Below are positions 36,191 through 47,520 of a stretch of 47,520 nt of DNA, one piece after another. Below the pieces are notes generated by a model. That model was given only the letters and a program-made list of their open reading frames with translations. It did no database searches and was not told where the DNA came from. The stretch covers positions 1 through 47,520 of the forward strand of contig JAUCBJ010003068.1 of NCBI GenBank assembly GCA_032718475.1, written 5' to 3'. Within the stretch, counting starts at the first letter, position 1, and each line of letters starts with the position of its first letter. Source of the DNA: Nemertoderma westbladi. Taxonomy: Eukaryota > Animalia > Xenacoelomorpha. Position numbers and translations under genes: made by a program.

Positions 36191-36798
36191 AGTGTCTTAA
36201 TTCAGTGAACCCGAACCCTTTTTCAAATAATTTGAAACAAAGATACTGTATTATAATGTGTGGACCTACCCCACCCCCTTAGTGGGTGAGTCAGGGTTTT
36301 TATTTTCGCTTTCATTGTTTAGCTACAAGCTTTTGAAAAAGGGGTTATTCTTCAAACTTATAGTGAGTTGTTGTTACAGATGGAAAGCTGACCGTGTAAG
36401 GATTCCAGATATGTAAAAACTTTTGAATTTGGTTGGGAAATAGAAGAGATATAAGTGTTATAATAATAATGCATGTTTTATCACCAGCTTGATTTAATAA
36501 ATACCCAATATTCTGGAACATTTTGTTTATGTATGAATAATCTACGCAATAGTAATACTATAGGCATTTGAATTGTTGCCGGGCTACATACTGTATGGAA
36601 TAAACAAAATATTCCAGAATATGATATAGAATAAATAACCGGAGCGGAAAAAATAAAATAAGTAAAAATTTTGACTGACCCAATAAGGAGGAGTTAAGGT
36701 GGAATTATCTGTTTCAAATTTCATGCAATCTCATTAAGATTTGTAGAAAAATTTGGCTGGTGGGTGTTTTTTGTGTCGTGTCATTGAATTAAGACACT
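36191..36798. mobile_element. MITE-like TIR element
   Basis: agtgtcttaattcagtga / tcattgaattaagacact (17/18 inverted match); nested inverted pair at ~36508-36531 / ~36599-36622; target duplication unclear. Confidence 0.55.
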
Positions 36799-37567
36799 GA
36801 GTTGTAGTGACAGTACAATAAGTGACGTCTTGGAGTAAATTTTATTCGAAAATTTAAATATTATTTGAAAACAAATGGGCATTTACAAATTAAATATTTA
36901 ACAATAACAATAAATTTCATAACGCGGCTGATTATTAATAAATAATTAATAAATAAAGTTGCTTGTCTATCGGTTTAATATTAATTTTCGAATAAAATAT
37001 TGTAATTGTTTTGTGGAGATCGCCACACTACATATTTGTATTGCATTGTATATTGTATTTTAATTGAATTTTTAAACCGCTTATAATTTTATTTATTATA
37101 CTATTTAATAATAACATTGTGCTTATGGTGTATACAGCTGGAGCTGAGTCTTTATTAATAATTACTAAATTAGCAAATATAAATAAATAATAAATGAAAT
37201 AATAAATTATGATGTTTAGATCCTCCGGTGCCTGTATAAGTTATTGTTGAAACATTTGGGGGGGGGGGGGGGGATGGGAAACTGGACGCAATAAAAATTC
37301 ATCCCTCTCCAGGGGAAATTCGACGCAAATAACAGTTGATTACTCTCAAATATAAAACTGTTACCTGTTCTATTGTGTTTAGTGTATTGTTTTGGTTAAA
37401 ATAACATGCCACTGTAACCTGCTCCTTTCCTTAAATTGAGAATTTAACATTCGGCGGGATATCAAGATGGGATTAGCGTCCCATCCAGTACCTCCCCCTC
37501 CCCCAGTGTTCAAAGATACAGTTCGGTTACATTACATGTAAGTTACCGGTTACTAAGTCGCTGCCAG

Positions 37568-37812
37568 TCTGTTGGATACGTAGATAAGGCCCATCCATGT
37601 GGAGTACTCATACCATTATCATGTAAAGGGGAATATGTTGGAAAACTTTGCAACATTTGACTTGAACGCATTAACAGCATCAGAACGGGAAGGCTAAGGA
37701 TGGGTGCGGACAGGCTAAGACTGCACAGCCACACGCCTCGGCTAATTATTATTAACAAGCAGAAATGTGATTGGGGAAAGTATCTGGTGCTGCTTCCCAG
37801 TGGTTATTAAGG
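37568..37812 (+). mobile_element. Decayed Penelope-like GIY-YIG endonuclease fragment
   Basis: Single frame reads VDKAHPCGVLIPLSCKGEYVGKLCNI*LERINS...HSH...CDWGKYLVL, matching the spacing GV(Y).IP.SC...YVG......ERI..H...DW...VL. Confidence 0.5.
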
Positions 37813-38617
37813 TAAGCCTTGCCCACACATTGCTTGTTCTTCCTTTTGGGAACTCAACTCTTCTGTCGGCCGACTTACTAGCTTTAGCTTAATGGGAAAG
37901 CAATTGTGGTTGTGGCGAAACCTACCAATCAGCTGGAATTTGTCGCCTCTACAATACATACCAACAGCCTTGAATAAGGGGTGACTTCTTGACTAACATA
38001 ATTATCAGCTGCCACTTTTCCTGTTGTGGTAGGGCGTAGATTAGGCTACTATTTACCCTAATGTTCTAATTGTATGTTTCTCCCACAATACTGAAACGAT
38101 TTATACAACGATCTTCTCCATCTTCAAACGGCTAATGTGATATCTGATATGGTAGACCAACATGATTTCCTTGACATCCATGCTGCTACTTAAATTCCTC
38201 TTTAATCTTTATCGATGATCGGCTCTTCCTTAGGTATTCTTTAGGTGTTACAAGTAAAGTAACTATGTGATTGGAACAAAAATTTGAAAAATTTGCAGGC
38301 AGGATGTCCACACTTACTCAGAATAGACACTAAAAACCTCATCAGTCAACATCGCTCTACCAAATACAATTTGGGGAGAAATTCAGCGTTAGTGAAATTG
38401 ACGACTGTGAGATTGAGAGTTTAGTTTGTGGATGCTGTACGTAATGTAGGGAATGGCAATGACAGTGTCCCCATAAGACACTCAATAAGAAAAAAAATAC
38501 CATAGGCAGTCCATGTCCAATCAGGACATATCAGTTTGTGCATGTGCCTTCGTGCTCACAAATTTCTAAAATCAAACAAGAACAGTAAAATTACTAAGCC
38601 ACCCACTGCTAAACTAT

Positions 38618-40468
38618 TTATACCGTCTCACTTTGTATAAGTTCTATTGAATCTTGTATATCGAATTCAATCCTCCCCCATTGATGAAGAATTTCAGGTT
38701 CTCCACCATCAAATATTAAGTTATCGATCCCATGAGAAGCACTACCTTCTGGCAAACAATTATCTTCTCCATGATCTAATACATTATACCTCGTAGTCTG
38801 TGCAGAACACCAACCCCAGTTCCTTGACTCAGCCTCTGCTATGGTCTCTGGCAGTGGGGTTCCTTTAGTCTCTGGTAGAACTAGACACAGAACAGCTCCG
38901 ACCACAGTGAGACCAGTTAGCACATACATTAGGTAAGGGTTATCATAGATATCCACCATACTGAGGAATGGAGCTGCAGCTGATCCGAAGCGGGCACAGG
39001 CTGAGGCGTGTCCCAAACCTAGACTACGGATGGGAGTTGGGTACAGTTCTGTGTTATAGAAGTACAAAAGCATAAACACAGCTGATAAACCAAGTTTACC
39101 CATCATGACAAAGATGATGACAGCCAAATGAACATTTACTGTGGATAAACCTCCATGCGTAGACAAGACAATACAGATAGCGCAACTAAGAGCTGCACAA
39201 GTTACTAAAAGATGAAGTCCGAAAAGAGAAAACTTCCTTCCCAATTTATATGTTATAAACATAACTAAGATAGTTGCTGGAAGTTCAACAATCATAATGA
39301 GAAAGAAATTCAAGTATTTGTTGCCAGCCAGTTGTACCACATTGAGTGTGTAAACATAGTAGATGAAACCAGCTACTGCCCATTGATAAGCGAATACAAG
39401 AGTAATTCTCCGTAACTGAGGAGTCCTGTATAAATCAATAAAACCATATGTAGGAGTTCTTGGGGGTTTTGGTTGGTTTCTGTCACTTTTTTCTATCATA
39501 TCTGGTTCCGAATTAAGGGTTTCTACACCCACGGGTGTTATATATGAATGTAGTAAGTTTTTAATAGCTGGTGGTAATTCTTGTTTATTGATCCTTTCAT
39601 ATTTGTTAATGAGTTTATTAACTTTTATAATTTTTCGCTGTGCTATTAACCAACGCATAGATTCAGGTATAAAAGGAATGGCAATCATGGAAAGAAGCAT
39701 AACTCCACCCATTACGTACATTATCATTCGCCAGTCATCATTTACCACATAGGCACACAAAACTAGTAATGCACTACTGGTTGGAACTGCTATCACAACA
39801 CCAATAAAGACGGCTTGAATCTTTAATCTCTCAGGAACCAGCTCCATGAGTAAAGTGAATCTAGACAATGCTGTAGCATGGCAGACCATTCCTGATAGAA
39901 ATCGCAATACAATAAACACGTAATAATTAGGGGAAAGCCCTTGACCAATGCTTAGCAATGCAACCAATAAGGAGGACGATATGAGGACAGGTCTCCGACC
40001 TATTAGATCTGCGAGTTTACCACCAAATATACTGCCAAGGAAAACACCAATGAAGAATACAGAAGATGATATACTGGGTATGAACCTTTTGGAGCAGACC
40101 AAGTCCCATTGAGTTACTACAGTCCAGTAGGTTGAATTGAACTCAAAGTCATTACATTCAACACCAGTATCAACTCCATTTCGGGTTATATTGCATTGAT
40201 CATCGAATGGCACATTATTATTCTCCACAGAAGCATTTAGCTTATTATACATGGAAATGTTGGTAATATATGAATTTGAATCGATTATCGAGTTATTGTA
40301 ACTTAAAACGGAAGATTGACATCTGAAATGGGGTTTTTCCACAGTAAAGGCCGGAATTATATAATTCCACGAAAGAAACAGGTCAGAAATTAACAACAGA
40401 ATATAGATCCGCAGTTGGTACCTTCGCCATCCTCCCAAAGAAACTATAACAGCCTCGGCAGTATTCAT
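38618..40468 (-). CDS. SLC22-family organic cation/anion transporter (MFS), intronless, 616 aa
   Basis: Large Cys- and N-glycosylation-site-rich loop after TM1 ending TVVTQWDLVC; ADLIGRRP, PESMRWL, ELYPTPIRSLG, LPETKG motifs; ~12 TM segments. Confidence 0.95.
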   Translation of the reverse strand: MNTAEAVIVSLGGWRRYQLRIYILLLISDLFLSWNYIIPAFTVEKPHFRCQSSVLSYNNSIIDSNSYITNISMYNKLNASVENNNVPFDDQCNITRNGVDTGVECNDFEFNSTYWTVVTQWDLVCSKRFIPSISSSVFFIGVFLGSIFGGKLADLIGRRPVLISSSLLVALLSIGQGLSPNYYVFIVLRFLSGMVCHATALSRFTLLMELVPERLKIQAVFIGVVIAVPTSSALLVLCAYVVNDDWRMIMYVMGGVMLLSMIAIPFIPESMRWLIAQRKIIKVNKLINKYERINKQELPPAIKNLLHSYITPVGVETLNSEPDMIEKSDRNQPKPPRTPTYGFIDLYRTPQLRRITLVFAYQWAVAGFIYYVYTLNVVQLAGNKYLNFFLIMIVELPATILVMFITYKLGRKFSLFGLHLLVTCAALSCAICIVLSTHGGLSTVNVHLAVIIFVMMGKLGLSAVFMLLYFYNTELYPTPIRSLGLGHASACARFGSAAAPFLSMVDIYDNPYLMYVLTGLTVVGAVLCLVLPETKGTPLPETIAEAESRNWGWCSAQTTRYNVLDHGEDNCLPEGSASHGIDNLIFDGGEPEILHQWGRIEFDIQDSIELIQSETV

Positions 40469-41552
40469 AATTGTATAAGTTCAAGTTCAAGTCCAAAACC
40501 AATAATTATAATCATTGAATTACTAGGCTGACAATCAACTTTATTAAATGTTCATTATGTCAACCATGGGTACAATCTGCAATTGTTGATATTAAATTAC
40601 AATTGATAGGTTAACAGGAACCTAATAGTAACATAAACAATATAACATAAAGTAAGAAATTAAATTCTGAGATATTTCAAAATTTAAATCAAAGTTGATT
40701 TTTGATAATCAGCATCTCTCTTCAATTTATAATAATCTTGCTTGATGGACTGGACATGACAAACAAGCATTACTAAACTTTTGTTGTTATAGTGTAAAGC
40801 TGTGCAACAGTAAATATATAGCAACTCTAATTAGGCCTAAATAAAGCTGAAGCTATATAATCATTAATATTTTGCGGATTTAATGCTCCATTTTAACTTT
40901 ACACACAATATTATAATGTAGAGGGTATTAGTTGTATATATCATAACATTTGTTACATATTGACTCGTATTTGTAATCGAAATCTGATACTGGTAGAATG
41001 TTATTATGCTGAAACAAAACTTAGTCATTCCTTTATGATGTAGAAATACTCAAATGAAAAGCGAGTCTTGTCTTTGTCTATTTGAAAATATATTAGGACA
41101 AGCATTTAGCACAATCTTTGCAGGGGTGTATGTATTTATTATTTTTATTTATATCGCCTCATAAGTGACTCATACAAATACTGTCATTACATATTGATAA
41201 TCTGGAAGCCTGATATACCATTTTTATTACTACCATCATTAAAAAGGTGATGTAATGAAAGGTAATGTAATTGTCATGCACATATTATTTCCAGGGTGGC
41301 GGTATCAGAGCAATATAACAGATGAAGGACTACATACCAAAAAACGCATTTCATAATGGTAATTTAATATGTTATACATAATGACGAGACAATAATTAAA
41401 TGTGGCATAAATTGATTTAATAATATACTGCCTAACACTAAGTAATCTAGTATAAACACACTAGGGAAATGGGAATTTTATTAACATCCACCACACACTC
41501 AACCACACCCACATTTTAAATTACAGTTACCTCAAACGAAAGATGAATCCAA

Positions 41553-43415
41553 TTATAGCACACCATTACCATTATGTCTCAGTTCAACTGAATCAACTGT
41601 TACAAATTCAGCTGGACCCCAATGATGAAGCTGTTCACCATCAAACACTAAATCTTCACTCCCAGAAGACAAATTGCTTTCTTTTTCTAGCAATCCTGTA
41701 ATATCTTCCATCTCTAGGACATCATAAGGTGTCGTTTTGGCAGAACACCAACCCCAGTTCCTTGACTCAGCCTCTGCTATGGTCTCTGGCAGTGGGGTTC
41801 CTTTAGTCTCTGGTAGAACTAGACACAGAACAGCTCCGACCACAGTGAGACCAGTTAGCACATACATGAGGTAAGGGTTATCATAGATATCCACCATACT
41901 GAGGAATGGAGCTGCAGCTGATCCGAAGCGGGCACATGCTGACGCGTGTCCCAAACCTAGACTACGGATGGGAGTTGGGTACAGTTCTGTGTTATAGAAG
42001 TACAAAAGAGTAAAGACGGAAGATAAACCAAGTTTACCCATCATGACAAAGATGATGACAGCCAAATGAACATTTACTGTGGATAAACCTCCATGCGTAG
42101 ACAGGAGAATGCAGATAGCGCAACTAAGAGCTGCACAAGTCACCAAAAGATGAAGTCCGAAAAGAGAAAACTTCCTTCCCAATTTATATGTTATAAACAT
42201 AACCAACATAGTTGCTGGAAGTTCCACAATCATAATGAGAAAGAAATTCAAGTATTTGTTGCCAGCCAGTTGTACCACATTGAGTGTGTAAACATAGTAG
42301 ATGAAACCAGCTACTGCCCATTGATAAGCAAATACAAGAGTAATTCTCCGTAACTGAGGAGTCCTGTATAAATCGACCAAACCATAGGTTTGGGACTTTG
42401 TTTCCTTTCTGTTGTTTACAGTTCCTATTACCTCTTGTGTTGAATTGTTATCTAAAACGGAAGGATTTCTATTTAAAATTGCCAAACTTTTAATGCCTGG
42501 TGGCAATTGCCGTTTATTTATAAGTTCATATTTGCAGATAAGCTTATTTGCTTTATCAATTTTCTTATGCCCTAACAACCAGCGTAAAGATTCAGGAACA
42601 AGAGGAATAATAACCAGAGAAAGTAGAGTTACTGATCCAATTACATACATTATCATTCTCCAATCATCATTGACAAAGTATGCACCAGCCACTAACATTG
42701 CAGTGCTGATGGGGACCGATATTAGTAAAGTTATGAAACCAGCTTGAAGTTTTAGACTCTCTGGAACAAGCTCCATGAGTAAGGTGAATCTAGACAATGC
42801 AGAAGCATGGCAGACACATCCAGTTAGAAATCGCAATACAATGAAGACATAATAATTAGGAGAGAGTCCTTGGCCAACACTGAGTATTGCAACCCCCACA
42901 ATAGACCCCAGCAACACAGGTCTACGGCCTATCACATCAGAAACCTGGCCTCCAAATATACTACCAAATAACACACCAACAAAGAAGACCGAAGATGATA
43001 TACTGGGTATGAACCTTTTGGAGCAAACTAAGTTCCACTCTGTTACAACAGTCGAATATGTTGAATTGAACTCAAAATCATTACATACAACACCAGTATC
43101 AACCCCATTTCGGGTTATGTTGCAGTGATCATCGAAGGGATGGATGTTATTTCCCATAGAATCATTACCGGTAATCTGAAACATTATCTGATCTTTGATT
43201 TCTGAAGGGGGGAAATCAAACATTGTCTGGTTCGACTGGTTGTAATTTATTACATGCGAGGATTTACATCTGAAATGTGGTTTCTCCACTGTGAAAGCAG
43301 GAACTATATAGTTCCAAGGAAGAAAAACGTCGACCAACACAAGCAGAATATAAATACGTAACTGATATTTGCGCCATCCTCCCAGTGAAACAATAACAGC
43401 CTCCACTGTATTCAT
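41553..43415 (-). CDS. SLC22-family organic cation/anion transporter (MFS), intronless, 620 aa; tandem paralogue
   Basis: STVVTEWNLVC, SDVIGRRP, PESLRWL, ELYPTPIRSLG, LPETKG; colinear with 38618-40468. Confidence 0.95.
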   Translation of the reverse strand: MNTVEAVIVSLGGWRKYQLRIYILLVLVDVFLPWNYIVPAFTVEKPHFRCKSSHVINYNQSNQTMFDFPPSEIKDQIMFQITGNDSMGNNIHPFDDHCNITRNGVDTGVVCNDFEFNSTYSTVVTEWNLVCSKRFIPSISSSVFFVGVLFGSIFGGQVSDVIGRRPVLLGSIVGVAILSVGQGLSPNYYVFIVLRFLTGCVCHASALSRFTLLMELVPESLKLQAGFITLLISVPISTAMLVAGAYFVNDDWRMIMYVIGSVTLLSLVIIPLVPESLRWLLGHKKIDKANKLICKYELINKRQLPPGIKSLAILNRNPSVLDNNSTQEVIGTVNNRKETKSQTYGLVDLYRTPQLRRITLVFAYQWAVAGFIYYVYTLNVVQLAGNKYLNFFLIMIVELPATMLVMFITYKLGRKFSLFGLHLLVTCAALSCAICILLSTHGGLSTVNVHLAVIIFVMMGKLGLSSVFTLLYFYNTELYPTPIRSLGLGHASACARFGSAAAPFLSMVDIYDNPYLMYVLTGLTVVGAVLCLVLPETKGTPLPETIAEAESRNWGWCSAKTTPYDVLEMEDITGLLEKESNLSSGSEDLVFDGEQLHHWGPAEFVTVDSVELRHNGNGVL

Positions 43416-43601
43416 AATTTGAGGCTTCTATTTTAACAATAATTTCAGGTAGGCTTAGTAATATAAACTGATAAAGATAAAGGAAAGGTAAGTAGTTTTT
43501 TAATAAGTAGGCACAATGAAGTAGGACCCCTATAATATAATACCGGTATGTTATTCTAATAAGATTAAAGTGTTAAAAAGTGTTAAAGTTTAACACAGCA
43601 A

Positions 43602-43641
43602 TAGAATCTTAACTCGTTGTCACCAACGAGTTAAGATTCTA
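43602..43641. repeat. Perfect 18-bp hairpin with 4-nt loop
   Basis: tagaatcttaactcgttg-tcac-caacgagttaagattcta. Confidence 0.85.
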
Positions 43642-43832
43642 CTACTCAAACGCTACCGGCTGACCGGTCCGGTAGGCTTCCCTATCACAGTCAGAAGGAT
43701 TCATCATAATCCTATATCTGTATATCATGCAGTCATGTATTGTATATCAGTAACTGCAGTACTAAACTACAGTACTACCGTACTGGTATTGTGTATTGAA
43801 CTTGAAGACTTGAACTACAAAGTGTTAAAATC

Positions 43833-44114
43833 GGTCCGTCTAAACATCCAAATCACAAAAAATTGACCAAATCACAACAAATCACACAAAAAATTCTAAT
43901 TTTTATTTTTGTAATCGTTTAGCCTATTGTTTTGGTTCCTTCTGGCTAACACTGTAACCTACTCCTTTACTTTTTTTTTTTTTGGTGATTTGGTACCTAT
44001 CATCCGGTGTGATTTGGTTTGTGATTTGGCTCTGGGATTATTTTTTGTGATTTGGTGTGATTTGATGTGCAGTTGTGATATGGTGTGATTTTGGATTTGG
44101 GTGTTTAGACGGAC
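43833..44114. mobile_element. MITE-like element with 14-bp TIR and subterminal aaatcaca / tgtgattt repeats
   Basis: ggtccgtctaaaca / tgtttagacggacc; short motif arrays in opposite orientation at each end. Confidence 0.7.
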
Positions 44115-44247
44115 CCGTTCAGCCGTTAAACCGGTCTTCGTGACAGCCGGAGTCGAATGTTAAAACTCTTTTTTCCCGCTGCTCCAGCTGTCCGGGTAAA
44201 ACTGTAAAACTACCGGTCTGCTGGTACCGGTAATATCACATTTGAGG

Positions 44248-44450
44248 CACAGTGGTAAGAAATTTTTTCGTCGATTCCTCTATGCCCATGGCGAACCAAC
44301 CACTTATACTTTTTTCAAACTTTAGTGATTTCGTATGCCCGTGGCGAACCACGTAAACTTTTTTCAAAAGTTTGTTGATTCAGCTACGTCCATAGCAAAC
44401 CACTCTTCTTCAAAGTTTGTTGTTTGATGATTCCTCTACTGCTCTATGCC
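44248..44450. repeat. Probable DNA-transposon end: CACAGTGG followed by three diverged ~50-bp tandem units
   Basis: gatt..(c/g)tatgcc(c)(a/g)tggcgaacca...ttcaaa..ttt repeated from ~44273; partner end not found. Confidence 0.4.
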
Positions 44451-46945
44451 CTTATTAAGAAATCTAATTATTTGTAAGTTTATTTATTAACGTTTTATTT
44501 ATTTATTAATAGTACAGTGTAGTACTGTAGTAATAATAACAATACTTGATTAGCATACATTGCACTGAAATATTGCATATAATTACCTAATTAACTATGT
44601 AATAATAAATGGCACAAACTGAAAATTGATTTATTATTGTACAAAATGCCACAATTCCTAAAAATATGCACCGTAATATAATAATTGCTTAATAAATAAT
44701 AATTTGAGGTGGACTTAAAAAATCGTACTAAAAAATGATCGATTAATTAAAAATTACTTAGTAGGCCTTATAAATTACATAGGCCTAATTAACTAAAAAA
44801 AACTATTATTAACAATTTATTAATTATTGATTACATGAATAATACTTACTGACTTCTGGACTTAATATAAAATGCCACAACAAATTACTGTAAAGTAATT
44901 CACAACATAATTGTATTGTAAGTTATATTATTTAAAAATATATCATCAAAAATATTCATCGTGAGTGCGGGCAGAGAGATTGCCACTTCCGCATCTGGTG
45001 CGTGTGCAACTCCACATGAGTTGATGAGCGTCAGGTCGACGTAGAGAACGAGACGTCCTTCATTGCCATCTATCAACGACAACACGTTGGGGGTGTTTCC
45101 GGACCGAGACCGTCTGACCGTGTCTGATGATCCCTGATCCACTGACAGGCTGAAAGACCATAGACGGCTGTAGGTAGATGACGTCCGCCAAATCTCTGAT
45201 ATAATCGTAAATCGTCAAGGCACTTAAACTGGCAATTGTCTGAGTGTAGGCCTACCGCGGCGCGCCTGCCGGTACAATTGAACATAGCCATTTAAAATAT
45301 TATTTGACTACCGGTATTAGTTGATTGCCTACTTCTGTACTTACACTGTTACAGCGCAGTAGGCAGGGCAGGTAGGTACTACTGTACTACATACTAGGTA
45401 GGGCCTACCGGTCCGGTAGTGCTTTAGTGCGGTTGTCTGGTAGGCCTGTCTGCTTGTAGGCCTACTCAGCTACTGGCAGGGCAGTCGTAGTAGCACTGAC
45501 AGTGCTGCAGTGGTCAAATTAAGAAGTATTTTTCTAGAAAATACAGTTTTTTTCACGTGCTGCGCGAAGGGCAAATCGTCCTCTGCAGTTTTAAAATTTA
45601 GACCATATTAAATACACGACCTGGAGTGTCTGTCTGTATATTTTCCGCCAAACTTAAGAAAAATTGAGGAAATGGTGCACATTTCAGCATTTGAAAACAG
45701 GCAAAAATTGACTTTTCGAAAAAAAAGCCATAAACTCATGATTTTCTATCGCGCTGCTCGTTAAGCGTAAAATCACCTAATTTAAAATTTGTTTTTTCTA
45801 TGAAGTTACACATAGGTCAGAGAGTGTCTGTGTGAAATTTGAGACAAATTGGTCCAAAAATGGCCACTGGCAGACTGCTGGACTGGCACTGGCTGACTGC
45901 AGGACTGTGTGTGCCTCAAATGTGATAGAACCGCGGGTACCATATCCTGATATCAGCATATTGTACTCTTCACTTTTCAGGGCCCGGGCACCGTGCAGCA
46001 GCAGCCGGGGGGGGGGGGGGGGGGGGGTGTATCAGGGTATTACGATATGACACCGGGTGCCGGTACCGGAAGCGGTAGGCCTATATCAGTATATGGCTAT
46101 GGCAATATGCACCTGACCTGCTGACTGCCTGATATGCATAGATCAGTAGATCAATAGACTGACTGGACTGACTGATAGATGCATACGGCTGTACCTATCA
46201 CCAGATCACTGTATGGTACATACGTTCTAATCTTCTGATCTTCTAATCCTGTAATCAGATTGCGTACGGCAGTACACTGGTACAGCAGTACCGGTACCAG
46301 CGGTTTCCAGACAGTGTCAGATGGTACTGCAGTAGGCCTACAAATCACAGGAGTGGTGAGTGGGGCCTTCATGCAGCAGAACTGCAAGGGCAGAAGGGGC
46401 AGTGCTAAAATGATCAAAGACCCACACCGACCCAAAAAAAATAAGCATTACACTATATAGGTAAAGCAAGGAGGCACCAATCCCCACCGAGGCAGGAGAT
46501 GTTGCACAGTGTTAACTTAATGATAGCAAAATTTAATTCTGCGAAAAATTATGCAAATATAAGGAATAAGCACACTGGGCCACAAAGATCCACCAAAACC
46601 TCATTTTTGGATAAATTTAGATCAGCTGGTTGATTCTGACTAACTTTCAATGGTGATTTATTATTGGTTACTTTGTATACCATTACCCTATTCACCTTTT
46701 ACTAATAGAAATGATGGTAGAACACAAAACGAACCCAAAGGATCGCCCATGTGAAGAATACCGTCAGGATTTCACTTTTCGGTCGACTTTTTATTGGAAT
46801 TTTATATATGAAGATTTTTTATTTTTTTTAATTTAACTTTATTAAGTGTTTTATAGCGCTTATTTCTGTCTTATAACCTGTACATATACTAATTCGTTTA
46901 TTGTTTTGGTTAGATTCAGCCCTTCTGTCACCTGTGGTTTTGGTG

Positions 46946-47108
46946 AAAACCTGGTATTCTTCACATGGGGGTAACTGGAAAGTGAAATATAATGGCAGAA
47001 AGTCTGGTATTCTTCACATGGGCCATAATATAAAAACCTGGTATTCTTCACATGGGGGTAACTGCAAAGTAAAATATAGCGGCAGAAAGTCTGGTATTCT
47101 TCACATGG
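46946..47108. repeat. ~87-bp tandem dimer with four copies of ctggtattcttcacatgg
   Basis: Direct reading; an inverted copy catgtgaagaatacc lies at ~46748. Confidence 0.85.
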
Positions 47109-47112
47109 AAAT

Positions 47113-47485
47113 CCAGCAAAGTACCTTACTGATCTAGACTTTGCAGAATCACTAGAGGGAGACCAATAAGGCTCCTCTACTCATTGGAGCAGGTTGCTTC
47201 TAATGTTGGTCTTTTTGTAAATTCCAAGAAGACCAAAATCATGACAATTAACCGAGGCTGCCCTCAAAAAATGTCTGATCGTAAGGACATACTTTTTTAA
47301 TAGAAAGACCGAAGGGGGTAGTAACCTTTTGCATCTGGATAATTTTTGGTAAGCTCTAAAGGACGGCTTGTTTGAGCATGTGGATGACTTCTGCTACTTG
47401 GGATCATGGATCAGAAAGTCAGGTGAAGACCTTGGGATACGTAAGGGGAAGTGTGCACGTGCATGTGTGGGCTCGAATGAAGTGA
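47113..47485 (+). mobile_element. Decayed RTE-clade RT fragment, diverged from the 17068-18245 copy
   Basis: KYLTDLDFA, LLYSLEQVASNVGLFVNSKKTKIM and EHVDDFCYLGSWIRKSGEDLGIRKGK align with TDTDFAD, VERAAKEVGLHINATKTEFM and KVDDFQYLGSWIESSKNDIELRKAK. Confidence 0.8.
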
Positions 47486-47520
47486 TCATCCCCCCCCCCC
47501 CCCCCCCCCCTCTCAAGTAA

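Noticed and set aside
38040-38200. Second GIY-YIG-like trace on the minus strand (LVYHIR...VGET)
   Set aside because: Needs several frameshifts; too degenerate to call.
45124-45175. ctgatga...gaaa as a hammerhead ribozyme
   Set aside because: Stem II does not close next to the core, and no stem III with an NUH site can be formed.
45508-45869. hAT-like element cagtggtca...tggccactg
   Set aside because: Inverted match is only 8 of 9 bp and there is no 8-bp target duplication.
47490-47510. Long C/G homopolymers (also ~20318, ~37258, ~46007)
   Set aside because: Simple repeats with unreliable lengths; no shared context seen.

Overview
AT-rich eukaryotic genomic DNA, most likely an invertebrate animal (spliceosomal GT-AG introns, animal-type retroelements); nothing prokaryotic and no CRISPR. 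Host genes: an intronless four-TM LAPTM/DUF4728-like ORF (1242-1871, -); a five-exon PEDS1/TMEM189 plasmanylethanolamine desaturase (21842-34010, +, 304 aa) whose last intron holds a ~9.4 kb 23-bp satellite with higher-order structure; and two tandem intronless SLC22-type MFS transporters (38618-40468 and 41553-43415, -) with near-identical C-terminal halves. The rest is dense transposon debris: two related BEL/Pao LTR elements in opposite orientation joined by a 5'-truncated RTE LINE (12292-20970), L1/Tx1, RTE and probable Penelope fragments, several MITE-like TIR elements, a 1.15 kb local duplication and a tRNA-derived sequence in the loop of a 117-bp perfect inverted repeat. The most distinctive signal is recurrent TA-flanked 5-6 bp insertions (TA-CAG-TA, TA-CTG-TA, TA-CCGG-TA, TA-GCC-TA) that internal repeat comparisons show to be indels, as expected for cut-and-paste transposon excision footprints. 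I found no single clearly new multi-gene system. All identities and counts are manual estimates.
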